Part shown: positions 16,387 to 20,000 of the stretch, in pieces | Numbering within the stretch: the first letter of the stretch is position 1 | How the letters are laid out: each line of letters begins with the position of its first letter | Origin: an uncultured virus (IMG/VR IMGVR_UViG_3300035208_003515) | Lineage: Duplodnaviria > Heunggongvirae > Uroviricota > Caudoviricetes | Length of the DNA stretch: 20,000 bases | Virus record (IMG/VR): IMGVR_UViG_3300035208_003515 | Reading direction: 5' to 3' (one strand) | Position numbers and translations under genes: made by a program | Notes under the pieces: model-generated | Databases searched by the model: none | Told to the model about the DNA's origin: nothing | Seen by the model: the letters and a program-made list of their open reading frames with translations, nothing else

Positions 16387-16434
16387 GAGGGTAAACGCTT
16401 CAGGGTTAGTCCGAAAAGGGTTTGCCCTCATTTT
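16387..16434 (+). terminator. Hairpin/terminator (end of operon and/or ~55-nt sRNA)
   Basis: GAGGGTAAAC (16387-16396) pairs with GTTTGCCCTC (16420-16429), then ATTTT. Confidence 0.6.
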
Positions 16435-16441
16435 ATAAGGC

Positions 16442-16470
16442 TTGACAATATATCACTGAATTAGTATTAT
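16442..16470 (+). promoter_or_regulatory. Sigma70-type promoter (unit 2)
   Basis: TTGACA, 17 nt, TATTAT. Confidence 0.8.
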
Positions 16471-16475
16471 GAATG

Positions 16476-16548
16476 TGCATCCACCTCCTTACTAAGAGGC
16501 TTCGTCCCAAAGATCGAAGGGTGGAAACGGGGCGAGGCCTCTCTTTTT
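16476..16548 (+). ncRNA. Candidate ~72-nt sRNA carrying an anti-Shine-Dalgarno sequence
   Basis: CACCTCCTTA, then a 14-bp stem AGAGGCTTCGTCCC/GGGGCGAGGCCTCT and a T tract; own promoter. Confidence 0.6.
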
Positions 16549-16562
16549 ATAATCATTAACTA

Positions 16563-16591
16563 TTGACAAGTGATTGAGTAACTGTTATAGT
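16563..16591 (+). promoter_or_regulatory. Sigma70-type promoter (unit 3)
   Basis: TTGACA, 17 nt, TATAGT with an extended TG. Confidence 0.82.
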
Positions 16592-16597
16592 ATAAAA

Positions 16598-16922
16598 GTA
16601 CCTTAACAAGTGAATATTCTGTTTAGTGGCAGAAAGGAATGCGGCTGAAAAGGAACGTATGCCGGAGTAAGCGCAGGGTGCGTAATTGTACGGGAAGTGC
16701 CCGAAAGTGGTAGCAGCCCTTCTGAGATTGACCGTAAGCCCCGATCAGGCATAGGCAAGTATCTCAGCTAAACAGATTATTTTGCCGCTCAGTAATGAGC
16801 AAGTACCGGTTCAATGGCAGGACTGGGGTGGAGCAGATAGCGTTGAAGCTCCAGTCCTAAAGTAGCCTCTCTAATTGTAGAAGTCGTTAAGCGTCATCCA
16901 AGATTAGAGGGGCTTTCTTTTT
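16598..16922 (+). ncRNA. Candidate structured non-coding RNA(s) of unknown family
   Basis: No ORF in the track. boxA-like leader, closing stem TCTGTTTAG/CTAAACAGA, several internal stems, a second domain at 16783-16858 and a terminator-like stem 16864-16914 with T tract. Confidence 0.65.
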
Positions 16923-16923
16923 A

Positions 16924-16952
16924 TTGACAAATACAGATGATTACTTTACTAT
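16924..16952 (+). promoter_or_regulatory. Sigma70-type promoter (unit 4)
   Basis: TTGACA, 17 nt, TACTAT. Confidence 0.8.
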
Positions 16953-16976
16953 GAAAGTAAATACATAGGAGATAAG

Positions 16977-17033
16977 ATGCCAAAGGCTAAGGGTAAGAAA
17001 GACGCACAGCGTAAAGCCCGCAAGGGTAAATAA
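16977..17033 (+). CDS. 18-aa highly basic micropeptide (not in ORF track)
   Basis: MPKAKGKKDAQRKARKGK; AGGAG SD at 16967-16971; own promoter and terminator. Confidence 0.65.
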   Translation: MPKAKGKKDAQRKARKGK

Positions 17034-17057
17034 CCATCCCTACCGGATAAAGGTAGC

Positions 17058-17088
17058 TCCCTCCAGGTTATGATCTGGGGGGATTTTT
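17058..17088 (+). terminator. Intrinsic terminator at the convergence of the + and - gene blocks
   Basis: TCCCTCCAGG-TTATGA-TCTGGGGGGA-TTTTT. Confidence 0.75.
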
Positions 17089-17090
17089 CT

Positions 17091-17279
17091 TTATTCGCTG
17101 TCGCGGAAGATTGTTGCAGCTAAACAGTAGTTGCGGATGTTTAAGGTAAGGCATTCGCAATACTGGCACTCGCAGCGCTCTATTAAGCCTTTCTTTTTAT
17201 CGGGTGTCCGGTTAGTACAGTGGAAGGGTGTTATGGATGCTATGAAACGGCGAAGTTTGTACCACATTGCTTTACACAC
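17091..17279 (-). CDS. Cys-rich hypothetical protein
   Basis: 62 aa with CECQYCEC; AGAGGAG SD upstream on the minus strand. Confidence 0.6.
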   Translation of the reverse strand: MCKAMWYKLRRFIASITPFHCTNRTPDKKKGLIERCECQYCECLTLNIRNYCLAATIFRDSE

Positions 17280-17310
17280 TCCTCTTTACAAATTTGTCTC
17301 TATCATCACA

Positions 17311-17496
17311 CTATTGTGGTTTTCTTTCAACGGTATAGGTAATAGGCCCGAAGGTCGCGACTAATCGAGTAAGCTGAGTGTTAAGGATCGCATCTTTAAT
17401 CCAACTTGCAAAAGCTGAACCCATAAAATCAGCATCATCCCATTTTACCGTACTCTTAACCTTCGGGTTCTTAAGACTTGTGGTTTGAATAATCAT
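17311..17496 (-). CDS. Hypothetical protein
   Basis: 61 aa; AAGGAG SD; ATGA overlap with the upstream gene. Confidence 0.65.
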   Translation of the reverse strand: MIIQTTSLKNPKVKSTVKWDDADFMGSAFASWIKDAILNTQLTRLVATFGPITYTVERKPQ

Positions 17497-17750
17497 AGTC
17501 TATCTCCTTTTCTCGAATGCCCTCTATCATCACGCTGTTGCTTGGTGACGTAAGCTCTGGCCACTGCATCGACCCAGGGTGTCAACAGAAATAGTCCGTA
17601 CAAGATACCTGACACTACCAGACCCATGAGCTTTTGCCAGAGCTCAGCAAATAGCGCATTCACAATATATGCCATAGCAAATGCAGTCAATAAAAGCATC
17701 CCGCTACCCAAAGCAATTGCAAAATAAATCATGTATTTTTTCAGCATCAT
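17493..17750 (-). CDS. Two-TM hypothetical membrane protein
   Basis: Start re-assigned to MMLKKY because GGAGG lies at 17754-17758; two hydrophobic helices. Confidence 0.65.
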   Translation of the reverse strand: MMLKKYMIYFAIALGSGMLLLTAFAMAYIVNALFAELWQKLMGLVVSGILYGLFLLTPWVDAVARAYVTKQQRDDRGHSRKGDRL

Positions 17751-17760
17751 TAACCTCCGG

Positions 17761-17979
17761 CTATTTATTTTTGAATCGCCCATCAACACAAGGACATGGA
17801 TGATACCATCGGCCTCGTATCCTTACAAGATCACCTTGTATTGAGTCAATAGTTTCTAAGGTGTAGGATTTGTCTGATTGAGGGTCTTGTATCATAGGGC
17901 AGAGCACATCAATGTGGAAATGTGAGCCTATCCCCTTCAGCACAAGCACGTCCTTTTTAAGTAAATCTGATAAATTCAC
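17761..17979 (-). CDS. Hypothetical protein
   Basis: 72 aa; H....C...PCPC pattern; tightly packed in the operon. Confidence 0.6.
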   Translation of the reverse strand: MNLSDLLKKDVLVLKGIGSHFHIDVLCPMIQDPQSDKSYTLETIDSIQGDLVRIRGRWYHPCPCVDGRFKNK

Positions 17980-17984
17980 TGTGG

Positions 17985-18221
17985 TTATCTCCTGTAAGGC
18001 AAGTTGATGTGCGGGAATATGAAGCGGGCTAAATTCTCAGGTAGTTTATCCCCTTCCCGTGCAACTTGCTCACACGCTTGCTTATGTGGGAGTCTATGGT
18101 CGCATCCATTAAAATACGCAGCCCAGTCAATACCCTCTGTTACTACAGCTACGATTGCAGCAGCGTAGTAGTTAGCATTTGCGTAAAGCCCTGATATTAC
18201 CTTACGATCTCCTATAGCCAT
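17985..18221 (-). CDS. Hypothetical protein (78 aa)
   Basis: Start re-assigned to MAIGDRK (GAGGAGGA SD, 1 nt after the upstream stop); DWAAY...GDKL...ARFIFP...PYRR. Confidence 0.7.
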   Translation of the reverse strand: MAIGDRKVISGLYANANYYAAAIVAVVTEGIDWAAYFNGCDHRLPHKQACEQVAREGDKLPENLARFIFPHINLPYRR

Positions 18222-18222
18222 A

Positions 18223-18729
18223 TTAGTCCTCCTCTGCAAGAATAGCATCAGTAGGTATATTATCACCGCACACGACGGCATCGACTTCCTCATCGTGAGC
18301 CTCAATATATTCTTGTTCTTCAACATGCTGTGTAACTTTGACCATCCGGCATTTTGCCGTAGGTGGCCCGAGTAGAACAATTTTAAGCGCGGGGCGTTCA
18401 CAGCTGACGGAATCCTCGTAGATAATGCCCTCAGATTTAATACGTGTGCGATTCCACATTAAACCAGCTGATACGACAGGGCTAAAAAAGACGTTAGCCT
18501 CAGATGCAAATAGCGTGCGCATTCTATCCATCCATGTTTCGTCGTGACCGTGAAAAGTAAGTTCAAGCGTAGGTGGATTGAATTCAGGGCGGAAATAATA
18601 AGAAGAAAACGGCAGATCAAGTATATTGGCAGGGAGGTATTCAGCAAGAAGTTGCCAGAATATGTAAAGGTCAGATATGCATTTGTTGTGGGCAGTGATG
18701 TCCCTTAGAATTTCAGTATGGATAGACAT
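18223..18729 (-). CDS. Hypothetical protein
   Basis: 168 aa; GGAGGT SD; acidic C-terminus. Confidence 0.7.
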   Translation of the reverse strand: MSIHTEILRDITAHNKCISDLYIFWQLLAEYLPANILDLPFSSYYFRPEFNPPTLELTFHGHDETWMDRMRTLFASEANVFFSPVVSAGLMWNRTRIKSEGIIYEDSVSCERPALKIVLLGPPTAKCRMVKVTQHVEEQEYIEAHDEEVDAVVCGDNIPTDAILAEED

Positions 18730-18748
18730 TAATTATACCTCCGACTAT

Positions 18749-18949
18749 TTACTTACGCTTTACGAAAACGCCCTTCTCAGCCCGTTTATGAATGATTGCT
18801 ACCTCTCCGGGTGCTAAGTTATCAATAACCTGCTTAGTGCCCTGAATTTTGGCTGTTAGACAGCATTCGTGCATCTGTATGCTACCATCCGGCAGTATTT
18901 CTACAATACCAGTTGATAATAGCCAGTCTTTATAGGATTGTTGTATCAC
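18749..18949 (-). CDS. Hypothetical protein
   Basis: 66 aa; GTGA overlap with the upstream gene. Confidence 0.6.
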   Translation of the reverse strand: MIQQSYKDWLLSTGIVEILPDGSIQMHECCLTAKIQGTKQVIDNLAPGEVAIIHKRAEKGVFVKRK

Positions 18950-19269
18950 TCGCCCCTATTCCTTGTGGACTGTCTTTTATAATTCTGGAACTCATCAATC
19001 TCAGCATCATTGTACTTGAATTCAAAGCATTGCCAAGATCGTTCGTGGTGCTGTATGCCGTTATCGTCTATCCCGATATATAATGTATATAAGTGGGTAG
19101 GGATGATGGGGTATAGCCATTTTTTAATAGCATACCGAAGTTGCCTAATTGGTTTAATGAACTCTAACCATCCAGTTACTAAACCAAATAAGGATAAAAG
19201 TGCCACTGAACCAAAGTATAGTGCGAATGGGAAAAGCAAAATAGCAATCACGGATATTAAAGTTTTCAA
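18946..19269 (-). CDS. Hypothetical membrane protein
   Basis: Likely TTG start just after the upstream stop with a GAGAGG SD (the ORF track extends it to 19332); hydrophobic N-terminus. Confidence 0.6.
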   Translation of the reverse strand: MKTLISVIAILLFPFALYFGSVALLSLFGLVTGWLEFIKPIRQLRYAIKKWLYPIIPTHLYTLYIGIDDNGIQHHERSWQCFEFKYNDAEIDEFQNYKRQSTRNRGE

Positions 19270-19270
19270 C

Positions 19271-19546
19271 TCAATTGCCTCTCTTAGCGAATTTACCGGC
19301 TCTATCTCTGCGCTGTATGATGATATCTTCACCAGGTTTTGCGCTGACTACTTTAGGGTAGTCTTTGAGTGATGGAATCAAAGTGTTCTGTAACCAGTCT
19401 ATAGCCCCTGGCGTCTCTTTAATTTTGGTGATCTCAGCTAACAGCACCAATTTGCACCAGGAGTTTATAGACCGCTGGTCTGCTTGGGCTGCGCTCTTTA
19501 TAAGGGCATGTTCTTGATCTGTTACATAGAGCTTTATTGTTGTCAT
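19271..19546 (-). CDS. Ribbon-helix-helix DNA-binding protein
   Basis: MTTIKLYVTDQEHALIKSAAQADQRSINSW fits the beta-alpha-alpha RHH pattern; GGGAG SD. Confidence 0.65.
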   Translation of the reverse strand: MTTIKLYVTDQEHALIKSAAQADQRSINSWCKLVLLAEITKIKETPGAIDWLQNTLIPSLKDYPKVVSAKPGEDIIIQRRDRAGKFAKRGN

Positions 19547-19558
19547 ATGCTCCCTCTT

Positions 19559-19864
19559 TTATCCCTCCGTCGCTTTTTCAAGAATAGCACGTATTNNNNN
19601 NNNNNTACGTAAGTTAATGGCCGCTGAGTTAATCAAAGGCAGAAGCTTATTAGCATCCGGGATGACGAATTTAATGTAGCTCTCATTTGGAATAGGTATT
19701 TCAATAGTATTAAACCGAAGTTTACAAGATAGGCACTCCCTTCTCCTGCGTACAGTATTAGTCTGTGAATGCCAGCGGGAGTCAGTTACCCGGCTTGTTC
19801 GGTTACATTTGCAAGTAGGGCAATAAAACCGGGAGCTCGTATCCTTGCTGTTATATCTACTCAC
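19559..19864 (-). CDS. NrdR-like zinc-ribbon protein lacking the ATP-cone (contains assembly gap)
   Basis: CPTC...SRVTDSR......VRRRRECLSC..RF.T.E matches the NrdR N-terminus. Confidence 0.75.
   Translation of the reverse strand: MSRYNSKDTSSRFYCPTCKCNRTSRVTDSRWHSQTNTVRRRRECLSCKLRFNTIEIPIPNESYIKFVIPDANKLLPLINSAAINLRXXXXIRAILEKATEG
19596..19605. other. Assembly gap (10 N)
   Basis: Run of ten N. Confidence 0.99.
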
Positions 19865-19873
19865 TGTAGGGAT

Positions 19874-19903
19874 AGTATAACCCTACTATATCCCCTTTGT
19901 CAA
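19874..19903 (-). promoter_or_regulatory. Sigma70-type promoter of the minus-strand operon
   Basis: Reverse complement reads TTGACA, 18 nt, TATACT; GTG start ~3 nt after the predicted TSS. Confidence 0.75.
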
Positions 19904-20000
19904 GCCAGCCCGCCCATAAGATCAATACCAAGTACATCCCTACCGGCAGCGCACCAATAATCCCATACGTACATAAAGGGGTCTTTGGGAAGAAAAAAAG

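Noticed and set aside
16618..16776. SRP RNA, RNase P RNA, tmRNA or 6S identity for the structured RNA
   Set aside because: There is only a loose resemblance to the SRP GNRA/AGCAG motif. It has no RNase P GAGGAAAGTCC, no tRNA-like ends with CCA and no long 6S-type rod, so it is left unassigned pending an Rfam search.
16246..19960. ORFs 16246-16431 (-), 17131-17364 (+), 18459-18647 (-), 19010-19372 (+), 19769-19960 (+)
   Set aside because: They conflict with better-supported, SD-bearing, tightly packed genes or promoters.
1..20000. CRISPR array, transposase, integrase or virion structural genes
   Set aside because: No regularly spaced identical repeats or such protein motifs were seen. The phage/mobile origin is inferred only from gene style and the tRNA array.

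Overview
This window looks like part of a large phage, prophage or other mobile element; no host can be assigned from the sequence. (1) 1-6368 and 9688-16367 (+) form a tightly coupled glycan/surface-modification gene set: two SAM methyltransferases, a GT-C-like polytopic membrane protein, two GT4 glycosyltransferases, an AsnB-type amidotransferase, an NDP-sugar epimerase and secreted/anchored proteins. It is interleaved with phage-type small ORFs, a compact DNA methyltransferase and a frameshifted FtsH. (2) 6679-9584 is a single-strand array of 35 CCA-encoding tRNA genes: 34 cover all 20 amino acids, many with non-canonical features, and one has no normal anticodon loop. The array is preceded by a sigma70 promoter, an unannotated 46-codon leader ORF containing all 20 amino acids, and mutually exclusive antiterminator/terminator hairpins, which together look like a ribosome-sensing attenuator. 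(3) 16342-17088 holds four back-to-back promoter-terminator units encoding a small hairpin RNA, an anti-Shine-Dalgarno sRNA, a ~320-nt structured pseudoknotted RNA and an 18-aa basic peptide. (4) 17091-19864 (-) is a run of small hypothetical genes headed by an NrdR-like zinc ribbon and an RHH protein. All RNA structures were paired by eye and no database searches were run.
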